A stretch of DNA of 64,000 nucleotides from Patescibacteria group bacterium (GTDB taxonomy: Bacteria; Patescibacteriota; Patescibacteriia; JAQUQO01): the NCBI GenBank assembly GCA_028716045.1, contig JAQUQO010000001.1:632961-696960 (forward strand), in the 5' to 3' direction. Below are positions 44,514-54,196 of this stretch, piece after piece. Every line of letters starts with the position of its first letter. Within the stretch, counting starts at the first letter, position 1. The position numbers and the translations under genes were made by a program. Under the pieces are notes generated by a model, which saw only the letters and a program-made list of their open reading frames with translations, was not told the origin of the DNA and searched no databases.

Positions 44514-45896
44514 TTATTTTAAAAATCCAGTAATTTTATCAGATGTAAATAATATCTCGCTAAAATTAGCCAAAAAATCATTATTTTTAGTAATCTTTTC
44601 TAAATTAATATACCCCCCTTTATCTCTGATATCTAAAACTCCCAACAATTTTTCTTCGGATAACTGGCCAGCAGTTTTAGTATATTCTTTTACTAAATCC
44701 TCGGAATTGCTCAAAAATAAGAAGTTTTTTTTACCTTGGCTGATGATTTGGTAACTGATTTTTAAAGGAATGCCCTCTGACTCCAAAATACGCGGCCCCC
44801 CGGGGGTTGTTTCTGTAAAATCAGCAATAATTTCTTTGGGTAAAAATTCAATGGCCCTGCCGTCCGGTAAAACTACTTCCTTTTCTTCCGGATATAAATA
44901 ACCAACTACTCGCTTCAAAACATTGGCCAATTTGGCCGGGTCAAATTCTTTAGACGAGATATTGACGATTAGCAAAAAATTGTTCCGCAAAAAATTTTTA
45001 ATATCTACCGGATTATTTTCATCCTCAAATTCAACCAAGAGTTCTCCCTCTCCCCGTAAGATATCCCCCAACTCATCAAAATCTTTTTCACCGCTGGCTA
45101 AAATATTTTTGGGAATATATTTTTTACTTTCTCCATACAAATCAAAAAAATTAAAACCGCGCAGATAGAGCAAAGGTTTTTCGGCGAAAGAATTGATAAA
45201 CGAAGCGGCGGTCAATTTAGAATGGGGGAAATTAAAATCAACAATCAGCTGATTATTATTTCTGGCCAGGGAAATATAAATATTTTCAGGCAATTTAATG
45301 TTTGAAAACAAATATCTTTCCCAAGGTAATGGCGCCGCGTGCTTAGAGGTATCAATATGACCTCGGCCAACATCACTGCCGGGAATTTTAAAATAAAAAT
45401 ATGCCCGGGGGTTGCTGAAAATTTTCCAAAATATATCGCGGTAAAGAAGCTCCGTATTCGCAGAAGAGGCGCCAACGGCCACCGTGTCGTTGCTAAAATC
45501 TTTAATCGTTAAATTTGCCGGCCAGGTATTCGGACGAGAAAAAAATCTCGCTAAAAAAAATCTTTGGCCATCGGGTAAAACCACCCAAGCCATTTCTTCA
45601 CCGGAAAATTCCTCGGGAAAACCCCAAAAGCGATTAAGCTCGCGAACCAATTCCGCGCTAACCTTATCGTCTGAATAGTTTAGGTGAATATAAACAACCT
45701 TATCAACGGGCGCGTAATCAATTAAACGGTCTCCGGGAAAAAATATCAATATAATAGCCACAGCCAGTAAGGCTGCGGCTATTATTAAAAATAAAAATAT
45801 AAATTTATAGGATGGCCGGCGCCTTTTGGAATAACCCAAATACGCCTCTCTTCTTTGGCTAAAAGAATAGTAATCGGGCATGGCTTTATTTTTCAT
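44514..45896 (-). CDS. Hypothetical membrane-anchored protein (460 aa), translationally coupled to pnp.
   Basis: Its ATG overlaps the pnp stop (TAATG). N-terminal TM helix then a large extracytoplasmic domain. Confidence 0.7.
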   Translation of the reverse strand: MKNKAMPDYYSFSQRREAYLGYSKRRRPSYKFIFLFLIIAAALLAVAIILIFFPGDRLIDYAPVDKVVYIHLNYSDDKVSAELVRELNRFWGFPEEFSGEEMAWVVLPDGQRFFLARFFSRPNTWPANLTIKDFSNDTVAVGASSANTELLYRDIFWKIFSNPRAYFYFKIPGSDVGRGHIDTSKHAAPLPWERYLFSNIKLPENIYISLARNNNQLIVDFNFPHSKLTAASFINSFAEKPLLYLRGFNFFDLYGESKKYIPKNILASGEKDFDELGDILRGEGELLVEFEDENNPVDIKNFLRNNFLLIVNISSKEFDPAKLANVLKRVVGYLYPEEKEVVLPDGRAIEFLPKEIIADFTETTPGGPRILESEGIPLKISYQIISQGKKNFLFLSNSEDLVKEYTKTAGQLSEEKLLGVLDIRDKGGYINLEKITKNNDFLANFSEILFTSDKITGFLK

Positions 45897-48094
45897 TATC
45901 GGCGCTCGCTTCTTTTTTTGAAGATTCCGAATTTTTTTTCTTCCGGCTCGTCGGGACCGCTATCCGGCTGGGCTCTTTTTAGAGAAAGCCCGATTTTGCC
46001 GGCTTCCTTATCAATATTTATCACTTTAACGGTTATTTCCTGGCCGAGCTTAATCACGTCCTCAACTCGCGCCACGCGATACGGAGCCAATTCGGAAATA
46101 TGGACCATCCCTTCCTGCCCGGGGAGGATCTCCACGAGAGCGCCGAAATCCATAATCCGGGTGACTTTGCCGGTATAAAGTTTGCCCATTTCCGCTTCGG
46201 CGGTCAAATCTCTAATCCATTTAACCGCTTTTTCTAATCCGTCTTTATCGGCGGAAGTGACGCTTACCAAGCCGCTGTCTTCAATATCAATATCCACGCC
46301 GGTCTCGGCGATAATTTTATTTATCATCTTGCCGCCCGGACCGATAACATCGCGAATCTTATCGGGGTTGATATAGAACGACTCAATGCGCGGAGCATAA
46401 GGAGAAAGTTCGGCGCGGGGGGCCGGCAGGACGTTCGTGATGGAATCTAAAACCTTGAGACGCGCAACGCGCGCTTGTTTGAGAGTTTGTAAAACTATGT
46501 CTTTAAGCAAACCATCGCTCTTGGTATCCATCTGAATGGCGGTAATACCCTTGGCCGTGCCGGCGATTTTAAAATCCATGCCGCCGTAACCGTCTTCTAA
46601 ATCCTGCAAATCGGTAATGACTTTCCAGTCGCCCTTGGAATTAACCGCCAAACCCATAGCAATACCGGCTACCGGAGATTTAATCGGCACACCAGCGTCC
46701 ATCAAACTTAAAGTTGAGCCGCAAACCGAAGCCATGGAACTGGAACCATTGGAGCTCATTACTTCGGAAACGACGCGAATGGTATAGGGAAATTTGTCCT
46801 GCTCCGGCAGAACCGGAAAAATGGCTTTTTCCGCCAAGGCGCCATGACCGATTTCGCGGCGTCCGGGGCCGGACATTCGGCCGGTCTCACCGACGGAATA
46901 CGGAGGAAAATTATAATGATGCATGTAACGTTTTTTGCCGCTCATTTCCATGCCGTCTAAAACCTGTTCGTCCCCCGGCGCTCCCAGAGTAACGACCGAG
47001 AGCACGTGAGTTTCCCCGCGGCGGAAATATCCCGAACCGTGAACACGCGGCAAAATGCCTGCTTCGGAAAAAAGCGGACGAATCTCATCTAGCTGGCGAC
47101 CGTCCACGCGCTTGGCCCTATCCACGATAGCTTCGGAAATACGCAGCTCCGCGAGCTTGTCGGCTTTGGCCATAATCACATTTATCATATCGGCGGCAAC
47201 CTCCCGCTCTTCCAGGGTAGTTTTTAACAATTCTTTTAATTCTCTTAACGCTTCCTTGCGCGACTGTTTAGTGTTTTTAATTTCACCAAACATATACTTC
47301 TCAATTCTCTCGTCTAAAAATTTCTGCGCTTCTTCCATCAGTGATTTTAATTCGGCCAGGTCACCCTTAATCTGCTGGGCGTATAAATCGTCCGTGGAAA
47401 TTTTTTCTTCGCCAAGTTCTTTTTTAATTTCTTGAATCAATTTAATCACTGGCTCCAAATTTTCCTGCCCGAAAAGTATCGCGGCTGACATTTCTTCTTC
47501 CGCCGCTTCCTTAGCTTCGGCTTCAAGCATAATCACTTTTTCCTTGGTGCCGGCCACGGTGGTGTAAAGCGACGCTTTGGCTCTTTCTTCATAAGTGGGA
47601 TTTAAAATCAATTTGTCCTCAATCTTACTCACATTGACTCCGGCAATCGGGCCGTTCCAGGGGATATTAGAAATGGATAAAGCGGTGGAAGCGGCAATTA
47701 AAGCGATAATGTCGGGGTCATTATCCGTGTCCAGGGAAAGCACGGTTAAAACGACCTGAATATCGTTTCTGATGCGGTCGTCAAACAGCGGACGGATGGC
47801 GCGGTCAACAAGACGGGCGGTTAAAATGGCTTCGTCCGTAGGTCGCCCCTCGCGCTTGATAAAACGCGAACCCTTGATTTTGCCGGCGGCGTACATTTTT
47901 TCTTCGTACTCCACCGTCAAGGGGAAAAAATTCATTCCTTCTTTGACCGTCGGGCTCATCACGGCCGTGGCCTGCACTAAGGTATCGCCATACTGCACGG
48001 TACAACTGCCATTCGCTTGTGGAGCGAAACGCCCGGTCTCAATGATAAGTTTTCTGCCGGCCCACTCCTTTTCAAAATGTTTTTGTTGAATCAT
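45896..48094 (-). CDS. pnp: Polyribonucleotide nucleotidyltransferase (PNPase).
   Basis: 732 aa with two RNase PH domains, a KH domain and an S1 domain. Confidence 0.95.
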   Translation of the reverse strand: MIQQKHFEKEWAGRKLIIETGRFAPQANGSCTVQYGDTLVQATAVMSPTVKEGMNFFPLTVEYEEKMYAAGKIKGSRFIKREGRPTDEAILTARLVDRAIRPLFDDRIRNDIQVVLTVLSLDTDNDPDIIALIAASTALSISNIPWNGPIAGVNVSKIEDKLILNPTYEERAKASLYTTVAGTKEKVIMLEAEAKEAAEEEMSAAILFGQENLEPVIKLIQEIKKELGEEKISTDDLYAQQIKGDLAELKSLMEEAQKFLDERIEKYMFGEIKNTKQSRKEALRELKELLKTTLEEREVAADMINVIMAKADKLAELRISEAIVDRAKRVDGRQLDEIRPLFSEAGILPRVHGSGYFRRGETHVLSVVTLGAPGDEQVLDGMEMSGKKRYMHHYNFPPYSVGETGRMSGPGRREIGHGALAEKAIFPVLPEQDKFPYTIRVVSEVMSSNGSSSMASVCGSTLSLMDAGVPIKSPVAGIAMGLAVNSKGDWKVITDLQDLEDGYGGMDFKIAGTAKGITAIQMDTKSDGLLKDIVLQTLKQARVARLKVLDSITNVLPAPRAELSPYAPRIESFYINPDKIRDVIGPGGKMINKIIAETGVDIDIEDSGLVSVTSADKDGLEKAVKWIRDLTAEAEMGKLYTGKVTRIMDFGALVEILPGQEGMVHISELAPYRVARVEDVIKLGQEITVKVINIDKEAGKIGLSLKRAQPDSGPDEPEEKKFGIFKKRSERR

Positions 48095-48203
48095 AAATTA
48101 CTTTCTGCCCAACTGATCGGCGAGCTCCTGAACTTCCCGAGGCAAAAACCTCAAAGCTCAGTTTGTCCGCGGACCAATTGGCTTAATTAAATATTTAAAA
48201 AAA

Positions 48204-48719
48204 TTATTTTCTGCTAAATCTCGCTTTTCTGATTAAATACTTGCTTTGGCTTAAATCAATAAAATCATCGGCGATTTCAATCAGATTGGAAGAAGTGGTT
48301 TCGCGGAATCCCATAATTTCCACCAAACATCCTTTATTTTCCTGCAGATATTTCACGAGCGGAATAAAGTCGCCGTCACCAGTGACCAAAATCACGCTGT
48401 CCAGCTTGTCAGCGAGCTTAATCGCGTCCATGCTCATACCCACGTCCCAGTCGCCTTTTTTGGCGCCGCCGAAAAAAATCTGTAAATCCTTAATCTGGAC
48501 TTCAAACCCTTGATTGGACAGGGCTTCAAAAAAATCTTCCTCTTCGCCGGATTTGGAACTCACCACGTAGGCAATGGCGCGCACTAACTGGCGCCCGGCT
48601 ACCGCGTCTTTCAGCACTTCTTTAAAATTGACATTGGCTTGGTGTAAATTTTTCGCCGAGTGGTACATATTGCCCACATCCACGAACACTCCCACCCTTT
48701 GCGCTTTGTGTTTTATCAT
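48204..48719 (-). CDS. NYN-domain (LabA-like, PIN-fold) protein.
   Basis: 171 aa. VFVDVGNMYHS...LVTGDGDFIPLV. Confidence 0.8.
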   Translation of the reverse strand: MIKHKAQRVGVFVDVGNMYHSAKNLHQANVNFKEVLKDAVAGRQLVRAIAYVVSSKSGEEEDFFEALSNQGFEVQIKDLQIFFGGAKKGDWDVGMSMDAIKLADKLDSVILVTGDGDFIPLVKYLQENKGCLVEIMGFRETTSSNLIEIADDFIDLSQSKYLIRKARFSRK

Positions 48720-48803
48720 AAAAAATTTTTACATTTAATCTTATCCTAATTATATAACTAAAAATAATAAATGACCAATCGGCAGATCGGCCATTTATCG
48801 CGC

Positions 48804-49076
48804 TTAGGTTAAAGTTTTAAGTTTAAGCTTGTCAGCCAATTCTTCGTAAGCTTTCCTGTTCTCCTTCGCTAAATATTTTACCAATCTTCGTCTCTCTCCG
48901 ACTTTTTTTAATAAACCCCGGCGGGAGGAAAAATCTTTTTTGTGACCCTTGAGGTGCTCAGTAAGTTCCTTGATTTCTTCCGTCAGGATGGCAATTTGCA
49001 CCTGCGGCGAACCGGTATCGTTCTCGTGGGTGCGAAATTTTTTGATAATCGCATCCTTTTTCTTTTTGTCTAACAT
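48804..49076 (-). CDS. rpsO: 30S ribosomal protein S15.
   Basis: 90 aa. Canonical S15 sequence ([48 protein letters not shown]). Confidence 0.95.
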   Translation of the reverse strand: MLDKKKKDAIIKKFRTHENDTGSPQVQIAILTEEIKELTEHLKGHKKDFSSRRGLLKKVGERRRLVKYLAKENRKAYEELADKLKLKTLT

Positions 49077-49166
49077 AGTTTCCCCTTCGTGTTCCCAAGC
49101 CCGGCCCGAATTGATAATTCATTTGCCCAGCCAAAGCCAGAGAACCGATTATTTATTAACGGATAT

Positions 49167-49195
49167 AATATAACAAACCCTCTAAAAAATGTCAA
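49167..49195 (-). promoter_or_regulatory. Sigma70-like promoter (TTGACA-17-TATATT) for rpsO.
   Basis: Minus strand reads TTGACATTTTTTAGAGGGTTTGTTATATT. It is immediately preceded by a hairpin terminator at 49203-49228 belonging to the upstream gene. Confidence 0.6.
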
Positions 49196-49235
49196 CAAAA
49201 AAAACGGCTTATTTATGAATAAGCCGTTGATTGCT

Positions 49236-50006
49236 TTAATAATACTGGCGATTGTAAAATTTGAGCTTTAGCCGTCCATTCTCACCTTCTTTGGGTACTC
49301 CCTCATAGCAAGTGACTCCGCAATTAATCGGTTTTCCCTTTTCATCCAAACGGATAAACTTTTTTTCAGAAAGTCGCTCTAGATTGGCGCGAAGGGCAAG
49401 AATATTCAAATGATGAGTGATTGCCAAAACTTTTCTGTCGTGAAAATCGCGAATCAGAGCGCTAACCCAGGAACGATTGCGGTCGCGCACCATAGGAATG
49501 TTCTCTCCTTGGGGATACTGATACCAATAAGGGCCGAGTAAATCATACAGTTGGCGCTGTTCTGGATGTAAAACATGAAAAACCCGCCAATCGCTGTAAA
49601 ACAAGGCCAACCCACGCTCCTGTTCCCTGATTCTTTCTTCTTCATAAGTTTTAACTCGTGCCAACTCTGGCCAACCGCTTATAATACCGTCTAGTGTCTG
49701 CCGCGCTCGAAGATACGGGGAGTAAAAAATAACATCTGGCTTTCCAAATTCTTGTTTGAGTTTTTTCCCGACAATTTTCGCCCGGGAACTCTCGATATCC
49801 ACCAAAGAGGTTTGCGAATCGCTCATTCCCAAAGCATAGCGCTCCGCAATAATTTTTGCCCAAGCCACGGTATTTGCGCTTTCGGGATTATTTTTATACT
49901 CCCGGCAAAACTCTTTGTATTCCGGGTCAGCGTTTTTCTCTTCTTTAAGGATATTGAATTTGGAAACATCGTGTCTGATCAACAGTAGATATTCCGGCCA
50001 TTTCAT
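49236..50006 (-). CDS. Histidine-phosphatase-superfamily (phosphoglycerate-mutase-like) protein.
   Basis: LLLIRH...ITHHLN catalytic His motifs. Start at MKWPEYLL with a strong RBS (AAAGGAGG); the track ORF extends to 50063. Confidence 0.8.
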   Translation of the reverse strand: MKWPEYLLLIRHDVSKFNILKEEKNADPEYKEFCREYKNNPESANTVAWAKIIAERYALGMSDSQTSLVDIESSRAKIVGKKLKQEFGKPDVIFYSPYLRARQTLDGIISGWPELARVKTYEEERIREQERGLALFYSDWRVFHVLHPEQRQLYDLLGPYWYQYPQGENIPMVRDRNRSWVSALIRDFHDRKVLAITHHLNILALRANLERLSEKKFIRLDEKGKPINCGVTCYEGVPKEGENGRLKLKFYNRQYY

Positions 50007-50134
50007 CGCCTGCCTCCTTTCTTGTGATTTTAAAGACCGTTTAAAACGTTTATACCTTATCATTTTGCTTAAAAACTTTCAACTGTTTGCCTAAAAATCA
50101 AAAGTGTCGTAAAATAAAAACAGTATCTAATCGT

Positions 50135-51118
50135 ATGAAAAGAGAAACGCCAACAAAAATTAATCCTTCTTCTCCTCTCGCCAAACTCCTCGGGGAATTC
50201 TTGGACTATTTAGAGATAGAAAAAAACCGCAGCCGGATGACACGGCGCAATTATGAATTTTATCTGGGGAGATTTTTACGCTGGTTAGAATTAAAAAAGA
50301 GCCGACTGGCTCCCGAAGATATCACCGCTGAAAATGTGCGCCAATACCGCCTCTGGCTCAATCGCTTGGCCGAAGATAGCGGACAGCCGCTTAAAAAAAG
50401 CACGCAGAATTATCATCTCATCGCCCTGCGCTCATTTTTAAAATATCTCGCCAAGCGCGACATTAAAACTCTGGCGCCGGAAAAAATTGAGCTGGCTAAA
50501 ATCGGCGAGCGCACGGTGGAATTTTTAGAAGGGTCGGACTTGGAAAAATTTTTGGAAGCGCCCCTGCTCATCAAAAATCCGGACATTATTAAAAAAAGAG
50601 ACAAGGCGATTCTGGAAACGCTTTTTGCCACCGGTCTGCGCGTTTCGGAATTAAGTAATTTAAAAATTGACCAAATCAATCTAAAAAAGGACGAATTCAC
50701 GGTCCGCGGCAAGGGCGACAAACCGCGCGTGGTTTTTTTATCCAATCAAGCCAAATACTGGATTAAAGAATACCTGGACGCCCGCACTGACCCCAACCCC
50801 TTTTTGTTTATGGGACACGACCGCGCCAGCGCCAAAAGGGAAATGAAAAAAATTCCCAAACTGACCCCGCGCAGTATCCAGCGGCTCGTGGAAAAATACG
50901 CCAAAGTCGCCGGTCTCACCAAAAAAATAACTCCCCACACCTTGCGCCACAGCTACGCCACCGACCTGCTGATGAATGGCGCTGACATCCGTTCGGTACA
51001 AGCCATGCTCGGCCATGCCAGCATTACCACTACCCAGATTTACACTCACATCACCAACCAGCAACTGCGTGAAGTGCACAAAGCCTTTCACGGCCGACAA
51101 CGTCAAAAAAATAAATAA
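50135..51118 (+). CDS. Tyrosine recombinase, XerC/XerD family.
   Basis: C-terminal R...HxxR...Y catalytic pattern (LRHSYATDLL...GHASITTTQIYTH). Start chosen at the ATG at 50135; the track starts at 50087 with a non-ATG codon. Confidence 0.85.
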   Translation: MKRETPTKINPSSPLAKLLGEFLDYLEIEKNRSRMTRRNYEFYLGRFLRWLELKKSRLAPEDITAENVRQYRLWLNRLAEDSGQPLKKSTQNYHLIALRSFLKYLAKRDIKTLAPEKIELAKIGERTVEFLEGSDLEKFLEAPLLIKNPDIIKKRDKAILETLFATGLRVSELSNLKIDQINLKKDEFTVRGKGDKPRVVFLSNQAKYWIKEYLDARTDPNPFLFMGHDRASAKREMKKIPKLTPRSIQRLVEKYAKVAGLTKKITPHTLRHSYATDLLMNGADIRSVQAMLGHASITTTQIYTHITNQQLREVHKAFHGRQRQKNK

Positions 51119-51132
51119 AATAATTAAAAATT

Positions 51133-51588
51133 ATGAGCTACCAAGACATTGCCCTAAGAATATTTTTGGCCCTTCTCACCGGCCTCCTGATCGGCTTTGA
51201 AAGAGAAAGATGTAAACGCGCCGCCGGCTTGAAAACCCACATTTTAACCAGCATCGGGTCGGCAGTTTTCGCCATTGCCGGACTTAATTTTTTCTACGAA
51301 TATTATCAGACCTACGCCGGCATCAATCCTCTTTACATCATCACGGCCGTGGCCACCGGTATCGGCTTTATCGGCGCCGGCAGTGTTATCCGTTCCGAAC
51401 AGGGAGTTAGCGGGCTTTCGGCCGCGGCTTCCATCTGGATTATGGGCGCCACCGGACTAGCCATCGGTTTTGGCTATTATTTCCTGGCGATATTTTCCGT
51501 GTTAATCACCTATCTAGTTCTGATAATCAGCGAGGTGGTGCAAAAGTGGCGGGATAATAAATGCGCGGTAAAAAAAGCTCGCCAATAA
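51133..51588 (+). CDS. MgtC/SapB-family membrane protein.
   Basis: 151 aa with the MgtC N-terminal domain (LLTGLLIGFERE). Confidence 0.8.
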   Translation: MSYQDIALRIFLALLTGLLIGFERERCKRAAGLKTHILTSIGSAVFAIAGLNFFYEYYQTYAGINPLYIITAVATGIGFIGAGSVIRSEQGVSGLSAAASIWIMGATGLAIGFGYYFLAIFSVLITYLVLIISEVVQKWRDNKCAVKKARQ

Positions 51589-51657
51589 AGGATTGACTTT
51601 TTCTACGATAACTAGTAAAATTGATATTACTGTTTTTGAAAATTCAGCGTGTTTATC

Positions 51658-51732
51658 GGCCCCGTAGTTCAAAGGATAGAATAGAAGCCTTCTAAGCTTT
51701 AGATCTAGGTTCGATTCCTAGCGGGGTCACCA
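51658..51732 (+). tRNA. tRNA-Arg (anticodon TCT).
   Basis: GGCCCCGTAGTTCAAAGGATAGAATAGAAGCCTTCTAAGCTTTAGATCTAGGTTCGATTCCTAGCGGGGTCACCA. Confidence 0.9.
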
Positions 51733-51750
51733 AAAAATTTAATAATCATG

Positions 51751-51824
51751 GCGGCCATAGTTTAACGGTAGAACAGCGGATTGTGGCTCCGCTGGCCTGG
51801 GTTCAACTCCCAGTGGCCGCCCCA
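51751..51824 (+). tRNA. tRNA-His (anticodon GTG) with an encoded G-1.
   Basis: G-GCGGCCATAGTTTAACGGTAGAACAGCGGATTGTGGCTCCGCTGGCCTGGGTTCAACTCCCAGTGGCCGCCCCA. Confidence 0.9.
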
Positions 51825-51867
51825 GTAGAATTAAACGTTTTTATCGCTCAAGTATTTGAATAAAAAT

Positions 51868-52863
51868 ATGCGTTTTATAAAAATCAAAGCAAAAAATAAT
51901 TACGAAGCGGGTTTTTTGTTGGGTAAAAAACTCGGGAAATTAACCTCCGGCTATTTAGAAATCCAAAAGCCCCAAGATATCAGCTGGGAGAAATTAATCA
52001 AATTATCCAAGCCCTATTTAGCCGTGACGCAAAAAACATTTCCCCAATTTATAAAAGAAATGAAGGGTTTAGCCAAAGGTTCCGGCGTCCCTTTTCTTAA
52101 AATTTGGGCGCTTAATTGCGTGGAAGAAATTTTACAAAAACAAAAAGAAAAATGCACCAGCATTTTTATCCCCCAAAAAAATTCTTACCTTGTCGGGCAC
52201 AATGAAGATTGGGAACGGCCAGCTGTCCCTCATTTAACTTTTCTCCTGCAAAAAACCATCGGCGGTCTAACCATCTGGGAACTGGCTTATCTCTATTCTA
52301 TCGGCGGCAATGCCTGTTCCATCAACTCTTTTGGTTTAACCCAAAGCATCAATACTCTTCATCATCTTGATTCGCAGGTCGGCGTACCGAAGAACATCGT
52401 CGCGCGTTGGCTTTCGGAATTCCCGAACATTAAAGAAGTTAAAAAAGAATTCGGCAAAATTCGGCGGGCCTCGGGATACAGCCACACTTTTACCGAAAAC
52501 GCCAAACTCCTGAATATAGAATCAACCGCTAAACGCTTCGCTATTTTGGAAACGCAAAATCAATATTGCCATACAAATAATTTTACCGGACGGCTGAAAA
52601 AATTTGAAACCCGGGGACTGGGGAAATCCGGCTCAACCACTTACAAAAGATACGCCTCCGCTTGCCGATTTATCAAAAAAATTGGCGCCGAACGGGAGTT
52701 TAAAAAGATTCTTTCCGGCCAGGATAAATACGCGAAAAGCTTGATTTACAACCCCCGGACCTTGGCCTCAGTTATTATTAACCCCCAGACAAAAACTTTG
52801 GAGGTCAAGGGCAGAGGCGAACGTTGGTTAAAAATCAATTTGAATTTAAAAAATCGTTCGTGA
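51868..52863 (+). CDS. Peptidase C45 / acyl-CoA:6-aminopenicillanic-acid acyltransferase-like Ntn-hydrolase.
   Basis: CTSIF...YLVGHNEDWE signature. Start at the ATG at 51868; the track uses TTG at 51856. Confidence 0.65.
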   Translation: MRFIKIKAKNNYEAGFLLGKKLGKLTSGYLEIQKPQDISWEKLIKLSKPYLAVTQKTFPQFIKEMKGLAKGSGVPFLKIWALNCVEEILQKQKEKCTSIFIPQKNSYLVGHNEDWERPAVPHLTFLLQKTIGGLTIWELAYLYSIGGNACSINSFGLTQSINTLHHLDSQVGVPKNIVARWLSEFPNIKEVKKEFGKIRRASGYSHTFTENAKLLNIESTAKRFAILETQNQYCHTNNFTGRLKKFETRGLGKSGSTTYKRYASACRFIKKIGAEREFKKILSGQDKYAKSLIYNPRTLASVIINPQTKTLEVKGRGERWLKINLNLKNRS

Positions 52864-52899
52864 TAGAATAAAATCAATAATTACCAAACCTGCTAAAAT

Positions 52900-54096
52900 A
52901 TGCTAAAAAAAATAATCGTCTGCTCCTTCATATTTTTATTTTTTAACTGGCCGGGGGCTTCGGCCGCCGAGCCGCCGGTGGATATTTATTTTTTTTACGG
53001 CGACGGCTGCCCGCACTGCGCCTCGGAAAAAGAATTTTTGAATTTTGCTATTCAAAATAAGTATAAAGATAAAATCCGGGTTCACGAATTTGAGGTTTGG
53101 TATAACATTAAAAACGCCAACCTGCTCGTGGACTTAGCCAAGGCCTATAAAGTCCGCAGCGCGGGCGTGCCAATGACTTTTATCGGCGAAGAGGCTTTCT
53201 CGGGTTTTGGAAAAGGATATACTGACGTTAAAATTGAACGGACTATTCAAAATTGTTTAGATTCCGGCCAATGTCTTGACCCGATGTATAAAATAGCTCC
53301 GCCGGAACAGTCAAAACCGCCAGCCGAAGAAAAAGAACAAAAGGAAGAATTAAAATTGGATTACCCCCTTATCAGAAACATTAATCTCTTTTCCTTATCC
53401 CTGCCTGTCCTTACTATCGCTTTGGGAGCGCTGGACGGTTTTAATCCTTGCGCGATGTGGGTTCTCCTCTTTCTTATCTCTCTGCTTTTGGGAATGGAAG
53501 ACAAAAAAAGAATGTGGCTTATCGGCATCGCCTTTATCGCCGCTTCGGCCGCCACCTATTTTCTTTTCCTCGCCGCTTGGCTAAATCTCTTTATTTTCAT
53601 GGGTTATATTCAGCTGGTGAGAATCGCCATTGGCCTGCTGGCCATCATCGCGGGCATTATCAATCTTAAAGATTACTTCTCTTATCAAGAGGGCGTCTGC
53701 AAGGTGACTAAGGGGGAAAGCCGCCGGAAAATTTTTGAACGCATCCGCGAAATTATTAAATCTAAATACCTCCTTTTCTCCCTCGCGGGCATTATTGTTT
53801 TGGCTTTCGCGGTTAATATGGTGGAGTTGGTCTGCTCTATCGGACTGCCGGCTATTTACACGCAGATATTGAGTTTAAATCACCTGCCAACCTGGGAATA
53901 TTATTTTTATCTGCTCCTTTATATTTTCTTCTTCATGCTGGATGATATTATCGTTTTTGTGGTGGCGATGCTCACCCTGAAAATCGCCGGCCTTACGGGT
54001 AAGTACACCAAGTACTCCAACCTCGTCGGCGGAATTATAATCTTGATTATCGGCATCCTGCTTATCCTAAAACCGTCGCTCTTAATGTTCGGCTAA
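52900..54096 (+). CDS. Fusion of an extracytoplasmic thioredoxin-fold domain (CPHC) to a CcdA/DsbD-type transmembrane domain.
   Basis: Signal peptide, then a DsbA/Trx-like CPHC, then six TM helices with FNPCAMW and a second Cys (ELVCSIG). Confidence 0.7.
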   Translation: MLKKIIVCSFIFLFFNWPGASAAEPPVDIYFFYGDGCPHCASEKEFLNFAIQNKYKDKIRVHEFEVWYNIKNANLLVDLAKAYKVRSAGVPMTFIGEEAFSGFGKGYTDVKIERTIQNCLDSGQCLDPMYKIAPPEQSKPPAEEKEQKEELKLDYPLIRNINLFSLSLPVLTIALGALDGFNPCAMWVLLFLISLLLGMEDKKRMWLIGIAFIAASAATYFLFLAAWLNLFIFMGYIQLVRIAIGLLAIIAGIINLKDYFSYQEGVCKVTKGESRRKIFERIREIIKSKYLLFSLAGIIVLAFAVNMVELVCSIGLPAIYTQILSLNHLPTWEYYFYLLLYIFFFMLDDIIVFVVAMLTLKIAGLTGKYTKYSNLVGGIIILIIGILLILKPSLLMFG

Positions 54097-54108
54097 AATC
54101 TATCATAA

Positions 54109-54138
54109 ATCCCCCGCCCAAAAAGCGGGGGATTTTAT
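54109..54138 (+). terminator. Rho-independent terminator.
   Basis: ATCCCCCGCccaaaaaGCGGGGGAT followed by TTTAT. Confidence 0.7.
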
Positions 54139-54196
54139 ATCTGGCAAAAAACAGCTGCTTGTGCTAAGATGAAATAAATTATTTTAATGAATCTCT

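Noticed and set aside
50087-51118. Tyrosine recombinase as a possible phage or integrative-element integrase.
   Set aside because: No phage, conjugative or toxin genes flank it, and there is no att-like duplication with the nearby tRNAs. The protein has XerC/D-like length and C-terminal motifs, so it is treated as the chromosomal dimer-resolution recombinase.
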